A stretch of DNA of 64,000 nucleotides from a virus. The position numbers and the translations under genes are program-made. Positions 38,368-47,458 of the stretch are shown one piece after another (the stretch's first letter is position 1; each line of letters opens with the position of its first letter). The stretch is taken from the IMG/VR virus record IMGVR_UViG_3300042884_000193, positions 55,557-119,556 of that record, one strand, 5' to 3'. The notes beneath the pieces are model-generated. The model was not told where the DNA came from. It saw nothing but the letters and a program-made list of their open reading frames with translations, and did no database searches.

Positions 38368-38608
38368 GAGCCGGTGCAGTATAGGTGAAAGTTGAATAAG
38401 ACCTACTCTGTAAACAAAACCTCAACCCGGGTACACGATGTAAGGGTCAACTATGCAGGTCTGTAAATTCACAGTTCAGACAACCTGCGAGATAACAGAA
38501 ACTGTAACAGATTATGAGAGCCGTGACTACCATATAAAAGTAGTCAGTCCACGATGGCAAGGTATGCAAGGGTTAACACTTACTATGATAGGCTTCATAA
38601 TTCTGATT
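38368..38608 (+). ncRNA. Candidate structured ncRNA upstream of the twister ribozyme
   Basis: No listed ORF; several long stems (gcaggtctg/cagac..acctgc, cagattatga..gcc/ggcttcataattctg, gactac/gtagtc) and a possible pseudoknot. Confidence 0.55.
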
Positions 38609-38761
38609 TGTATTAATGCATCATAACTTACTTCACAAGGGTAAGCAGTTATAGTATATGCCGAGTTAGATAGATTTGATAATCTATACTATACGTAGGG
38701 TCTCTTCAGACTTGGAGTAACGTCCAGCAGGTAATACTATAACTGAATGCAGAGTGGTACA
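38609..38761 (+). ncRNA. Twister ribozyme (type P1) with large P5 insertion
   Basis: P1 tgtat/gtaca; TAA cleavage motif; P2 tgca/tgca; P4 cttac/gtaag with loop TTCACAAGG; GA-GTG 3-prime core; T1 CAC/GTG; P5 cagttatagta/tactataactg. Confidence 0.75.
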
Positions 38762-38813
38762 CACCAAGGTTAAACTTCTACCTTAAAAGAAGTAACATAA
38801 AACAAATAGTAAT

Positions 38814-39125
38814 ATGGCAGACGAGAGCATATTCGCTAAACCATTACCAGTATACTGGACTATGGCAAACAAACAGAGTATTAAGGTAGATGATATGGGC
38901 AATGGCCATGTCAGGAATGCTTTTAAAGTACTCATTGTTCAGCATAACAAGTTAAAGCGTGAGTATAATACGCTTGTTGATATGTACGATGACTTGATGA
39001 AGCAATCAGGAACTGTTGTCAAGTCCTATAAAGAGGTTACTCTTAATGGTGATATGGCACAAGAGTTTAATGATAAGCAAGAAGAACAAGCCAATGACCC
39101 TGAAGGTGATGGCTGTCCATTTTAA
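38814..39125 (+). CDS. Hypothetical protein
   Basis: 103 aa; W...I.VDDM...HVRNA motif common in small phage proteins. Confidence 0.65.
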   Translation: MADESIFAKPLPVYWTMANKQSIKVDDMGNGHVRNAFKVLIVQHNKLKREYNTLVDMYDDLMKQSGTVVKSYKEVTLNGDMAQEFNDKQEEQANDPEGDGCPF

Positions 39126-39180
39126 TGTGTGAAGGATAGACATAAGGTTTTTATAAGTTCCTTATTGTCGCTGTGTGGAA

Positions 39181-39219
39181 AACCTGCGGGTGTTGGGCTA
39201 TGCCCGCAGGTACTTTTTT
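39181..39219 (+). terminator. Rho-independent terminator
   Basis: acctgcgggt...gcccgcaggt followed by tttttt. Confidence 0.8.
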
Positions 39220-39250
39220 GTAAATAAGTTAAATCAATTAATACACGACT

Positions 39251-39373
39251 ATGAAAGCTAGAATTAAAGATGTTATTGTATGGGCTATTGTCATATTAGG
39301 CAATGCTGCGATTTGGTATCTGTGGTATCATTTGGGTTATATGGTAGGAAATTTAAACACGGGGTGTTTATGA
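39251..39373 (+). CDS. Small membrane peptide (40 aa)
   Basis: Not in the ORF track. MKARIKDVIVWAIVILGNAAIWYLWYHLGYMVGNLNTGCL; ATGA overlap with the next gene. Confidence 0.55.
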   Translation: MKARIKDVIVWAIVILGNAAIWYLWYHLGYMVGNLNTGCL

Positions 39374-39564
39374 CCGACGCACAAAAGACTAAGATATCTC
39401 TAATAGAAGATATCAATAAGGCCAAACTCCTTATGTATGATAAGATTCTGACTGTTGATGACTTTGATAATCTGTATGACATGACTAACTTTGAGTTAGA
39501 GCATGTGCTATATGGGTTAGACAGAAGCATTGCATTTTCAAGAGAACTAATCAAAAACATATGA
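39370..39564 (+). CDS. Hypothetical protein
   Basis: Likely start is MTDAQKTK within the 39280 ORF. Confidence 0.55.
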   Translation: MTDAQKTKISLIEDINKAKLLMYDKILTVDDFDNLYDMTNFELEHVLYGLDRSIAFSRELIKNI

Positions 39565-39806
39565 GTAAAATGAAAAACACCCCAGAATTTGAGAAAATGA
39601 TGGCAGACCAAGAGTTGGCTGCTTCAGTGCATTATCAAGAAGAAGAAGCTGAACGCTCTGCTCTTCTTGAAGAGTTAGCCAAACTAGAGGCTATTGCACA
39701 AGTAAGAATTGCTTATGATAAAGCTGTTAGAGAATTGGACATTGCTATGAACAATTATGCAGATGCTGTTACTAACCTACATAAATTATTAGATGAAAAA
39801 GAGTAA
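39561..39806 (+). CDS. Hypothetical coiled-coil protein
   Basis: 81-aa ORF. Confidence 0.6.
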   Translation: MSKMKNTPEFEKMMADQELAASVHYQEEEAERSALLEELAKLEAIAQVRIAYDKAVRELDIAMNNYADAVTNLHKLLDEKE

Positions 39807-39945
39807 TGCCCTTATCTTAATGTACTTTGTGTTAATCACATTAGTAGCATTAATGACCTCTTGTACAACCACACATAGTTGTCAAGATAGTTTTAAACCA
39901 AAGATCCGCGAGAACTATAATCCTCGCGGAACTAACGGGTGGTAA
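39793..39945 (+). CDS. Small lipoprotein (50 aa)
   Basis: Not in the ORF track. MKKSNALILMYFVLITLVALMTSC signal peptide with lipobox. Confidence 0.55.
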   Translation: MKKSNALILMYFVLITLVALMTSCTTTHSCQDSFKPKIRENYNPRGTNGW

Positions 39946-39952
39946 GATAATA

Positions 39953-40099
39953 GCCCCGCTCGCGAGGGGATCGTAAAACACAGTAAGCCTCTTGACAATG
40001 CTCAAAGTAACTGTTCTCATCGTATAGGAGATAGAGTTAGCCTTCTCGACGTCGTTTAAAAAGGTTGACAGCTTGGAAAGACAGCCACCTTTAGGGTGT
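39953..40099 (+). ncRNA. Candidate multi-hairpin ncRNA
   Basis: No ORF; tandem stems ending in gacagcttg-gaaaga-cagc. Confidence 0.45.
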
Positions 40100-40130
40100 T
40101 AAAATTAAGTTCAACTAAAAACCAACTAAA

Positions 40131-40559
40131 ATGAAGTTATTAATCAATGTGTGTTATGGCGGATACGGTATATCTGATGAAGCCTTTGAGTTATGGGCAA
40201 AGAAAAAGAATATTGAGCTCACAAAAAAGACTCTTGAGTATGGTGACTATGGTTACTATGTAGATGGTGATACTATTATATCAGAAAATGATATAGATAG
40301 AGATGACCCTACTATTATAGAAGTTTTTGAAGAACTAGGTTCAGAAAGAACTTCGGGTCGGCATGGTCAGCTAAAACTTGTTGAGTTACCTGACGGCTGT
40401 CAGTATGATATCACAGAGTTTGATGGCTGGGAGTCTATAGGTGATACATGGATTACTGTAACTGTTAAAGAACTTATGGAAGGTCTATCACCTGATAAAC
40501 TTGAAGCAGCTCTTAATGTAAGGTCAATTAAAATTAAATCAACTAAACAATCAACTTGA
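40131..40559 (+). CDS. Conserved phage hypothetical protein
   Basis: INVCYGGYGISDEA...RDDPTIIEVFEELG...EFDGWE pattern of a common phage family. Confidence 0.7.
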   Translation: MKLLINVCYGGYGISDEAFELWAKKKNIELTKKTLEYGDYGYYVDGDTIISENDIDRDDPTIIEVFEELGSERTSGRHGQLKLVELPDGCQYDITEFDGWESIGDTWITVTVKELMEGLSPDKLEAALNVRSIKIKSTKQST

Positions 40560-40562
40560 GAA

Positions 40563-41702
40563 ATGGAAACAACAATTATTAGTAAAGCTGTTTTTACAGA
40601 AAGAGAAGCTTATACTACTCTTAAGACACAGTCATTAGATAAGCAAAGATTTGCTTTCTTTGGTCATAAACTGCATACATGGGCAGAAGATACGCGTGCA
40701 GAGTCTGATACGCATGTGTATTGGGCAAGCAATGCCTGTATTCCTAAATGGAATATTAAGACAGGCTTGTATCTTAAAAGAGAAGCTGGTGCAGGATGTA
40801 GCTATGATAAAGTCAAGAAGACTTTTAAATGGTGGTATGGTAAGCAAGCTATTATAGCATGTCCTGTGTTAGTGGCTGATATGTGTAACTATTTTAAGAC
40901 AGAATGGTTTGATGCTATTCCGCCGTCTTTGAGAGTTAGTTGTACTAATACTAATCTTAACAAGGTATTGTTAGGTAAAGTTACTAATCCTCGTGATCTA
41001 ATCAAGGCTATTCTAAAGACTAATCCTGTAATGCGTGGTATGAATATTTCTACAGAAACTCTGTGGAAATATGTAAACACAAGAGGTCAAGCCAATAGAC
41101 TTCAAGCTTTATCTGATATAATGACTGTTGCAAAGGACCCTAATCATGCATTAGAGTACATGGCAACTGCAGAGTATATGAGTTTTGATACGCAGGATTT
41201 GATTAAGCAGGCTCAAAGACTTAACCGCAAAATAGATTTTAAGTGGTCTAGATCTCGTATGGGTGAGGTTCACAGTGAGTGGACCAAAGACATAATGGAT
41301 ATAGAGCAAGAGCATGTGGAATGCATTGACTATGCGTATATTAACGAGTTACCCAATAATGGTAGCCTTGAGTTAGTTACTAATAGTAAGGATCTATATA
41401 TAGAAGGTAGACTTATGTCTCACTGCGTGTATACCAACTATGCTTCACAGGTTAAGGATAAATCTTATTTTGTATTTAAGTTTAATGACCGTGATGTACG
41501 TGCTACTGTTGGTATTACTAGATACTATGATCATAATTGTTTTGTTATTAACCAGATGCATGGTAAGCATAACAAGAGCATTGATCAATGTCATCAGGAT
41601 TATGTAAAGGAATGGTTAGACAAACCAGAAGTACAACAATGGTTTAAAGAGAACTACAAGACTAATCAGTTGGCAAGTCCACCTGAAATGTTGTGGTTAT
41701 AA
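40563..41702 (+). CDS. PcfJ-like domain protein
   Basis: C-terminal DLYIEGRLMSHCVYTNY...RATVGI...QMHGKHN. Confidence 0.7.
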   Translation: METTIISKAVFTEREAYTTLKTQSLDKQRFAFFGHKLHTWAEDTRAESDTHVYWASNACIPKWNIKTGLYLKREAGAGCSYDKVKKTFKWWYGKQAIIACPVLVADMCNYFKTEWFDAIPPSLRVSCTNTNLNKVLLGKVTNPRDLIKAILKTNPVMRGMNISTETLWKYVNTRGQANRLQALSDIMTVAKDPNHALEYMATAEYMSFDTQDLIKQAQRLNRKIDFKWSRSRMGEVHSEWTKDIMDIEQEHVECIDYAYINELPNNGSLELVTNSKDLYIEGRLMSHCVYTNYASQVKDKSYFVFKFNDRDVRATVGITRYYDHNCFVINQMHGKHNKSIDQCHQDYVKEWLDKPEVQQWFKENYKTNQLASPPEMLWL

Positions 41703-41787
41703 TTTTAAGGGTGAGTGGTAGATAAGACCTAATACATTGCAGGAGTGTCAATTCTCCTGCTTTGTAGTTAGGGTTAACTAATTGATT

Positions 41788-41967
41788 ATGAGTGAACAAG
41801 ATAAAAGACCCGTATATATGGGCAACTTTGAGCGTTTCAAGAAAGAAGTGCAAGTGAAGCAAGATGATATTATCCTACAATTAGGCCTGACTAAGAAGGT
41901 ATTAAGGTTTGTAATGATAGTTTCTTGTGCTGCTTTGCTTGCTGCAATTATAGCAATAGCTATATAA
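41788..41967 (+). CDS. Small membrane protein
   Basis: C-terminal hydrophobic helix. Confidence 0.5.
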   Translation: MSEQDKRPVYMGNFERFKKEVQVKQDDIILQLGLTKKVLRFVMIVSCAALLAAIIAIAI

Positions 41968-42022
41968 TGCAATTTATTTTTTGTTACTAGTTGTAAATCA
42001 AGTTATTATTAAGTATAGGGTT

Positions 42023-42030
42023 TATATTTG
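42023..42030 (+). promoter_or_regulatory. Bacteroidota -7 promoter element
   Basis: TATATTTG 16 nt upstream of the 42047 ATG. Confidence 0.5.
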
Positions 42031-42046
42031 TTTAACCCTAATGTAA

Positions 42047-42325
42047 ATGTTATATCAACTTCCCAATGGCAAAGTGATTCATATGAGTATAGATGAGTAT
42101 CTGTCCTTAACTGATGATGATGTCCGCTTTTTAGTAAGTGTTAATGCCGGGGAAACTATTATCAATCCATTTCAGGGTTCTGTACTACAGGATAATATTA
42201 AAGATGATGTCGAGTATGAAGAGGAAGAAGTCCTTGATGAAACTGATGTTATAATCTTTGATATAGATGAGGAAAAAACATTAAATGATTTCCTATCTGA
42301 GTATGATATAGATCCTGAAGAGTAA
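42047..42325 (+). CDS. Acidic hypothetical protein
   Basis: MLYQLPNGKVIHMSIDEYLSLTD followed by a D/E-rich tail. Confidence 0.7.
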   Translation: MLYQLPNGKVIHMSIDEYLSLTDDDVRFLVSVNAGETIINPFQGSVLQDNIKDDVEYEEEEVLDETDVIIFDIDEEKTLNDFLSEYDIDPEE

Positions 42326-42345
42326 TCAACTTTAAATTTTTTAGT

Positions 42346-42834
42346 ATGTCAAAAGTAATTGTAACCGCTAAGGACGGTAATGTCATTGTTTTAACTGATG
42401 ATCAGTTTGGCTATGTGCGCGTAGAGCAAACAGTAACCTCATTTACAGAACGTGGATTTGCATTAGAGAAAAAGCAAAGCGCTCTTGTATTTGGTGAAGT
42501 TAATGTGTTGCGTGGTTTAGGTTGGAAGGACAACCAAGAAATATCTGGTAAGATTGTTATTAAAGAGTCACTTACTCCTTTTAACAAGAAGAATCCAGAT
42601 AAAGATCTTAAGACAGCAGGTTCTTCAGGTATTGCATGCACTAAAAATGGTAGAAATATCTATCGTCGTGCTGTGTATACATCTGATATGTCTGCTACTG
42701 ATGAGCTAATCCCTCATGATAATTATATCCCTTCAGAAAGATCATTGTCAGAGCAATTGCTTGATGGTCAAACTGCTGAGGTAATAGACTTTTCTTCTGT
42801 ACCAAGCTTTGGTGAAGAAGAAGAAGAGAACTAG
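42346..42834 (+). CDS. SSB-like protein (putative)
   Basis: Beta-rich, OB-like N-terminus with acidic tail FGEEEEEN. Confidence 0.45.
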   Translation: MSKVIVTAKDGNVIVLTDDQFGYVRVEQTVTSFTERGFALEKKQSALVFGEVNVLRGLGWKDNQEISGKIVIKESLTPFNKKNPDKDLKTAGSSGIACTKNGRNIYRRAVYTSDMSATDELIPHDNYIPSERSLSEQLLDGQTAEVIDFSSVPSFGEEEEEN

Positions 42835-42855
42835 TATTAATTGTGTATGTATTTC

Positions 42856-42882
42856 GGGGCGGGGAAGTTTCTCCGCCCTTCT
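42856..42882 (+). terminator. Terminator-like hairpin
   Basis: gggcgggga-agtt-tctccgccc. Confidence 0.55.
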
Positions 42883-42905
42883 CATTGTAAAAAATTCAAC
42901 TAATA

Positions 42906-43370
42906 ATGTCATATCAAAAAGTAAATTACACAGGAAGACTACAGTCTTACCAGTTATACGGCTCTAATAATTCCAAGATGGAGTTTGAGCGTGATCCTTT
43001 TAATGCATATCAGAACTTCTTATATAAGAGGGCTCTGTTTGGACTATCTGTTTATCAGGAAGTCGAGTTATCTAAGATGCATAAGGATAAGAAAAAAAGA
43101 ATTACAAAGGTTCACCAGCGTGCACAACAAGTGTTAAACATTTGGAAGCAACAGCTTACTAATCAGTGGGCTGCTGACCTAATGGGTAAGTTCTTTCACC
43201 ATAGTAATTTGGTAAAAGAATTTACTGAAAATGTTGCGGATGCAATTGATCCTGATTATATTAGCAACCTTGAGTTTAAATCTCTTGGTATTGACAAAAA
43301 AGAAATTGTCAATAAGCTAATAGAAGAAAAAGTTTTACCTAAAGATTTTTACACACTTAAAGCAGCTTAA
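42906..43370 (+). CDS. Hypothetical protein
   Basis: 154-aa ORF. Confidence 0.7.
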   Translation: MSYQKVNYTGRLQSYQLYGSNNSKMEFERDPFNAYQNFLYKRALFGLSVYQEVELSKMHKDKKKRITKVHQRAQQVLNIWKQQLTNQWAADLMGKFFHHSNLVKEFTENVADAIDPDYISNLEFKSLGIDKKEIVNKLIEEKVLPKDFYTLKAA

Positions 43371-43371
43371 G

Positions 43372-43683
43372 ATGAGTATCAACGAGTTAAACAATGAAGA
43401 AGTTCTCTTCTTGTATTTCACTAATCGCAAATGGATTGACACATATGAAGATATGTTTAAACATAAAAGCATTATAGACACTATGGAGATTCTAGACTTT
43501 GGTAGAATTAGTGTAACTAAATATATAGATGACGAGTCTATAGATGAAATGCAAGATAGTTCTCATTACAAATACTCATTTGATATCAACGAGAAGCTTG
43601 AGCCTGTTGCTCATATGATTGAGGATATAGATCCTAATCTATTTGACAAGGTTAAAGACTGCTTTGAAAAAACTCAAATTTAA
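43372..43683 (+). CDS. Hypothetical protein
   Basis: 103-aa ORF in operon. Confidence 0.65.
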   Translation: MSINELNNEEVLFLYFTNRKWIDTYEDMFKHKSIIDTMEILDFGRISVTKYIDDESIDEMQDSSHYKYSFDINEKLEPVAHMIEDIDPNLFDKVKDCFEKTQI

Positions 43684-43893
43684 ATGAAGACAACTTTTAT
43701 AATGAATGGTAGTACTAGACTAGTACTTACCCCAGAAACTGAAGCAGAAGAAGTAATGCTTAAACAGTTAACCTCACAAGATAATATTATTACACATGTA
43801 GGAGAGGGCAGTCACATTGCTCTCACCTACGGTAATGATTCTATTATCATAATGAAATCTGATAATGTTACAAGCCAAGCTGAAGAAGTGTGA
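43684..43893 (+). CDS. Hypothetical protein
   Basis: 69-aa ORF in operon. Confidence 0.6.
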   Translation: MKTTFIMNGSTRLVLTPETEAEEVMLKQLTSQDNIITHVGEGSHIALTYGNDSIIIMKSDNVTSQAEEV

Positions 43894-44290
43894 TGGATGT
43901 AGCGAAGTAACAACAATCTGGAAGAGAGAAGGTACGCAAAAGTTTTGTAAGCAATGCTGGACTAAACAATTTAAGGGTTTATCAAGCACTAAAAAACCAA
44001 CAGCCAAGAAACCTATGCGCCTTCAATCTTCCAAGATTGTTAAACTTAATGCAGCTTACTCAATACTACGGGAACAATACATGAAACATCATCCTCATTG
44101 CGAAGCACACCTAGCAGGTTGTGCTATCAATGCCTGTGATATCCATCACAAGAAAGGAAGAGTAGGTGCACTATTCTTAGATGATACAGAGTTTTTAGCA
44201 GTATGCAGGACTTGTCATGGTTGGATTGAGACACACCCTAAAGAAGCCAAGTTATTAAACTTCAGTAAATCAAGAGAATCAAATGAGTGA
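43865..44290 (+). CDS. Zn-binding HNH-like nuclease (NinG/Rap-like)
   Basis: CDGC..CKQC; CEA...DIHHKKGR...LAVCRTCHGWI. Confidence 0.7.
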   Translation: MLQAKLKKCDGCSEVTTIWKREGTQKFCKQCWTKQFKGLSSTKKPTAKKPMRLQSSKIVKLNAAYSILREQYMKHHPHCEAHLAGCAINACDIHHKKGRVGALFLDDTEFLAVCRTCHGWIETHPKEAKLLNFSKSRESNE

Positions 44291-44570
44291 AGATTTAGAA
44301 TTTGTAGGTAATTACTTTGAAGTAGTTATTTATTTTGAAGAAGACTTTGAAGAGCCTTTAACTAATACTTTATTTATTCCATGTGGTCAATTGTCCCATG
44401 AGTTTATCAAATCAAGTATTAAGAAGAGAGGAATGGTCTATGAGAATCCTCCACTATTTGCTCGCATACATGTATATGATGTATGGGGTGAAGATTGGGA
44501 TTTTGTTGATCATAACAGAGTTATTGTAATGAATAGTAAACAATGTAAACATGTTTGGAAATGGTACTAA
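44283..44570 (+). CDS. Hypothetical protein
   Basis: 95-aa ORF. Confidence 0.55.
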   Translation: MSEDLEFVGNYFEVVIYFEEDFEEPLTNTLFIPCGQLSHEFIKSSIKKRGMVYENPPLFARIHVYDVWGEDWDFVDHNRVIVMNSKQCKHVWKWY

Positions 44571-44899
44571 AATTTGAAGTAATAGATGGGCTTGAAAACC
44601 TAAGACTATTAGACCGCACGTGGCGTGGAGACAGCAATGATCTTACACTACATATTGATCTTACTAACCTTATACGTAAGCTATATGGTGATACAGAAGA
44701 TAAGGTACTAACCTTTGAGATATCTGCAGTGCCCATAGAAGACAGTGAGAGATTTACTCTTGATAAAGTTAGCAAAGGATTACCTGGGGCCATGTATACT
44801 CATAGTACACTAGGTCTCCACTATATATGTGAGTTACTGCTCTTGTATGTAGGACCCGATTTCCCTAAACATTTTTATATTAAAAAACAAACAGCATGA
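44561..44899 (+). CDS. Hypothetical protein
   Basis: ORF overlapping both neighbours. Confidence 0.55.
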   Translation: MVLKFEVIDGLENLRLLDRTWRGDSNDLTLHIDLTNLIRKLYGDTEDKVLTFEISAVPIEDSERFTLDKVSKGLPGAMYTHSTLGLHYICELLLLYVGPDFPKHFYIKKQTA

Positions 44900-45135
44900 A
44901 GAAGTTAATGATGATTATTATGCTAGCTATTGGATTAGTTAGCTGCAGTAAAGAAGAAGATAAGCAGTGTAACTGTGGTACAATTGCTAATGATGGTATT
45001 ACTGGTACTTGTTACTGGTTAGAGATTACTAATGATTGTACAGGTAATAAGAAGACATTCTGCTTTGATCAAAGTGTATGGATGGATGCCTATGTAGGCA
45101 GTAACTTCTGCGTTACTAACCAAGGTCAATGGTAA
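44896..45135 (+). CDS. Cys-rich lipoprotein
   Basis: MKKLMMIIMLAIGLVSC lipobox, then six more Cys. Confidence 0.75.
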   Translation: MKKLMMIIMLAIGLVSCSKEEDKQCNCGTIANDGITGTCYWLEITNDCTGNKKTFCFDQSVWMDAYVGSNFCVTNQGQW

Positions 45136-45136
45136 T

Positions 45137-46222
45137 ATGACCCGGGAAGAAATACAAAGCAATGCTCTGAAAGCAATTGAAGATTGTGACAGATGTGGTA
45201 TTGCTGTTAGTATGGGTGTAGGTAAAACCTTAATTGGTCTGCAACATATAGCTAACAGCTATACAGATACACTAAGAGTACTGGTTGTTGCACCAAAGAA
45301 ATCTATTATACAATCCTGGAAAGATGAAGCTGCCAAGTTTAATATGACCTATCTATTAGATCACATTAAGTTTAGTACTTATCTCTCCTTGGTAAAACAA
45401 GATCTTGATTTTGATATAGTATATTTAGATGAGTGTCACAACTTATTATTTTCTCATGAGCCTTGGCTTACTAGTTACAAAGGTAAGATTGTAGGTCTTA
45501 CAGGTACACCGCCAAAGGTTGCAAGTTCTGAGAAAGGTCAAATGGTATCACGCTTTTGCCCTATAGCTTATGAGTATGTAACTGATGATGCAGTTAATGA
45601 TGGCATCTTAAATGATTATCAAATTATTGTGCATAAGTTGGATCTATCTAGTAATAAAGACTATATGCAGAAGACCAAGAAGGGTCATTTTCCTACATCA
45701 GAGTTAGTTAATTATAATTACTGGACAGAGAAGTTAATGAATGCAGTTACACAAAAAGATATACAAATTCTTAGAGTAATGCGCATGAAAGGGTTAATGG
45801 CTTATCCAAGTAAGGAAAGATATGCTAAGTCTTTATTTGAATTTATAACAGACAAGGTAATCTTATTTGCAAATACACAAGAGCAGGCAGATAAACTTTG
45901 CGAGCATAGCTACCATGCAAATAATAAAAGTTCTGAAGAGAACTTGATTATGTTTAAGGACGGTAAGATAAACAAGTTAAGTTGTGTATTACAGCTTAAT
46001 GAAGGTGTCAACATACCTAATCTTAAACAAGGTATTATAATGCATTCTTATGGTAATGAGCGCAAGTCAGCACAAAGATTAGGCAGATTGCTCCGCCTGA
46101 ATCCTAATGAGAAATCTGTAGTGCACATCCTGTGCTATGAAGATACTGTTGATGAGACCTGGGTTAAGAAGGCCTTAGAGCAGTATGATGAATCAAAAGT
46201 TAAATGGGTTAAATATAAGTAA
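45137..46222 (+). CDS. SF2 helicase (DExH, ResIII/UvsW-like)
   Basis: MGVGKT, LDECH, GLTGTP, LNEGVNIP and QRLGRLLR motifs. Confidence 0.9.
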   Translation: MTREEIQSNALKAIEDCDRCGIAVSMGVGKTLIGLQHIANSYTDTLRVLVVAPKKSIIQSWKDEAAKFNMTYLLDHIKFSTYLSLVKQDLDFDIVYLDECHNLLFSHEPWLTSYKGKIVGLTGTPPKVASSEKGQMVSRFCPIAYEYVTDDAVNDGILNDYQIIVHKLDLSSNKDYMQKTKKGHFPTSELVNYNYWTEKLMNAVTQKDIQILRVMRMKGLMAYPSKERYAKSLFEFITDKVILFANTQEQADKLCEHSYHANNKSSEENLIMFKDGKINKLSCVLQLNEGVNIPNLKQGIIMHSYGNERKSAQRLGRLLRLNPNEKSVVHILCYEDTVDETWVKKALEQYDESKVKWVKYK

Positions 46223-46223
46223 A

Positions 46224-46955
46224 ATGGAATTTTCAAAACACATCACAATCGAGGTAACTGTAGACAAGATTAAAGAATTGACTTTTAACCGTGCAAAAAG
46301 CGAGAAGCATGTACAGGCGTTAGTTAAGTCAATTGCAAATGTAGGGGTGTTGAGAACACCTGTGTTAGCTTATACTAAATGTATTAGTGGTAAGCTAGAG
46401 TATTATAATGTAGATGGTCAACACTTGGTTGAGTCATTAAAGAGATTAAACATTAAGAAAGTAAACGCTATTGTTGTTGAGACAGAATCTGTAAATAAGA
46501 TTGTTGAGATGATGGCTATACTAAATAATGTTCAGCAGAAGTGGACATTGGTAGACTATATCAATGCATACTGTGGATTAGGTAATGAGAATTACTTTAA
46601 GTTGAAGACTCACTTCCTAGGTAATGGTCTTACTCCTGCTGTATCAAGTATGATATTGAGTGGTAATGCATCTAGTGGTAAAGGTCTTAACGGTGTACGC
46701 AATGGTAATTTCCAGGTTACTGCTGAAGATTCAGTGCAGCTTACTAAAGATTTGATTGAAGCTTCTGCTTTAGTTAAGACTACTAATGCTAAATTTCATG
46801 GGGCTTTCTGTAACTTCTACAGATCTCAAGGTAAGAAGTACAATCATGCTCGTATGCTTATAGCATTGCGTGGTAATACAGACTTTGATAATATCCCACA
46901 TGATACAAGTTATATTCATAGTTTAATTAATAAAGCTTATAACAATGCAAGATAA
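46224..46955 (+). CDS. ParB/Srx-like (DGQH) domain protein
   Basis: FNR...HVQALVKSI...VDGQHL; likely start at 46224. Confidence 0.65.
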   Translation: MEFSKHITIEVTVDKIKELTFNRAKSEKHVQALVKSIANVGVLRTPVLAYTKCISGKLEYYNVDGQHLVESLKRLNIKKVNAIVVETESVNKIVEMMAILNNVQQKWTLVDYINAYCGLGNENYFKLKTHFLGNGLTPAVSSMILSGNASSGKGLNGVRNGNFQVTAEDSVQLTKDLIEASALVKTTNAKFHGAFCNFYRSQGKKYNHARMLIALRGNTDFDNIPHDTSYIHSLINKAYNNAR

Positions 46956-47187
46956 TTTACCCGCTGGTGCACAACAAGATGTTAATGCACCTTGGAATCA
47001 AGTAGATGATTTATGTAGATACTGTGATCAAGATATCATTAGGGGTATGGCTCAAGAGGCCACCCTTGATGAGTCTGATACACAGGAACATATGGAAACA
47101 TTGCTTGAAGAAGCAGGTTTATGTATAGATTGTTTTAAAGAACAAGATGCAGATGACAATGATGATTGGTGTAACTGGAAGTCCTGA
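46945..47187 (+). CDS. Hypothetical protein
   Basis: NLPAGA....APWNQ motif and two CxxC. Confidence 0.6.
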   Translation: MQDNLPAGAQQDVNAPWNQVDDLCRYCDQDIIRGMAQEATLDESDTQEHMETLLEEAGLCIDCFKEQDADDNDDWCNWKS

Positions 47188-47458
47188 GACTTTAACTGAT
47201 GAAGACGTGACGCTTGACCTGTCCTTTATGGAGGACAGCAAGCTCGTCTTGTATAATGATGATCATAATTCTTTTGATAAGGTGATTATGGCTCTTATTG
47301 TATATTGTCAAATCTCCAGTGCAAAAGCAGCAGAGATTGCAATGAAAGTACACAATGACGGTAAAGCTGTAGCAAAGTATGGTCCTCGTAAAGACCTAGA
47401 AGTTATAGCTGGTATATTTGGTGAACTAGATTTAACCTGTGAAATAGAAGACCCATGA
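47147..47458 (+). CDS. clpS: ATP-dependent Clp protease adaptor ClpS
   Basis: LVLYNDDHNSFDKVIMAL...AAEIAMKVHNDGKAV; exact start uncertain. Confidence 0.85.
   Translation: MQMTMMIGVTGSPETLTDEDVTLDLSFMEDSKLVLYNDDHNSFDKVIMALIVYCQISSAKAAEIAMKVHNDGKAVAKYGPRKDLEVIAGIFGELDLTCEIEDP

Noticed and set aside
41708-41780. tRNA-like sequence (gcaggag..ctcctgc hairpin)
   Set aside because: No cloverleaf, TTC loop or acceptor stem; better explained as a plain hairpin
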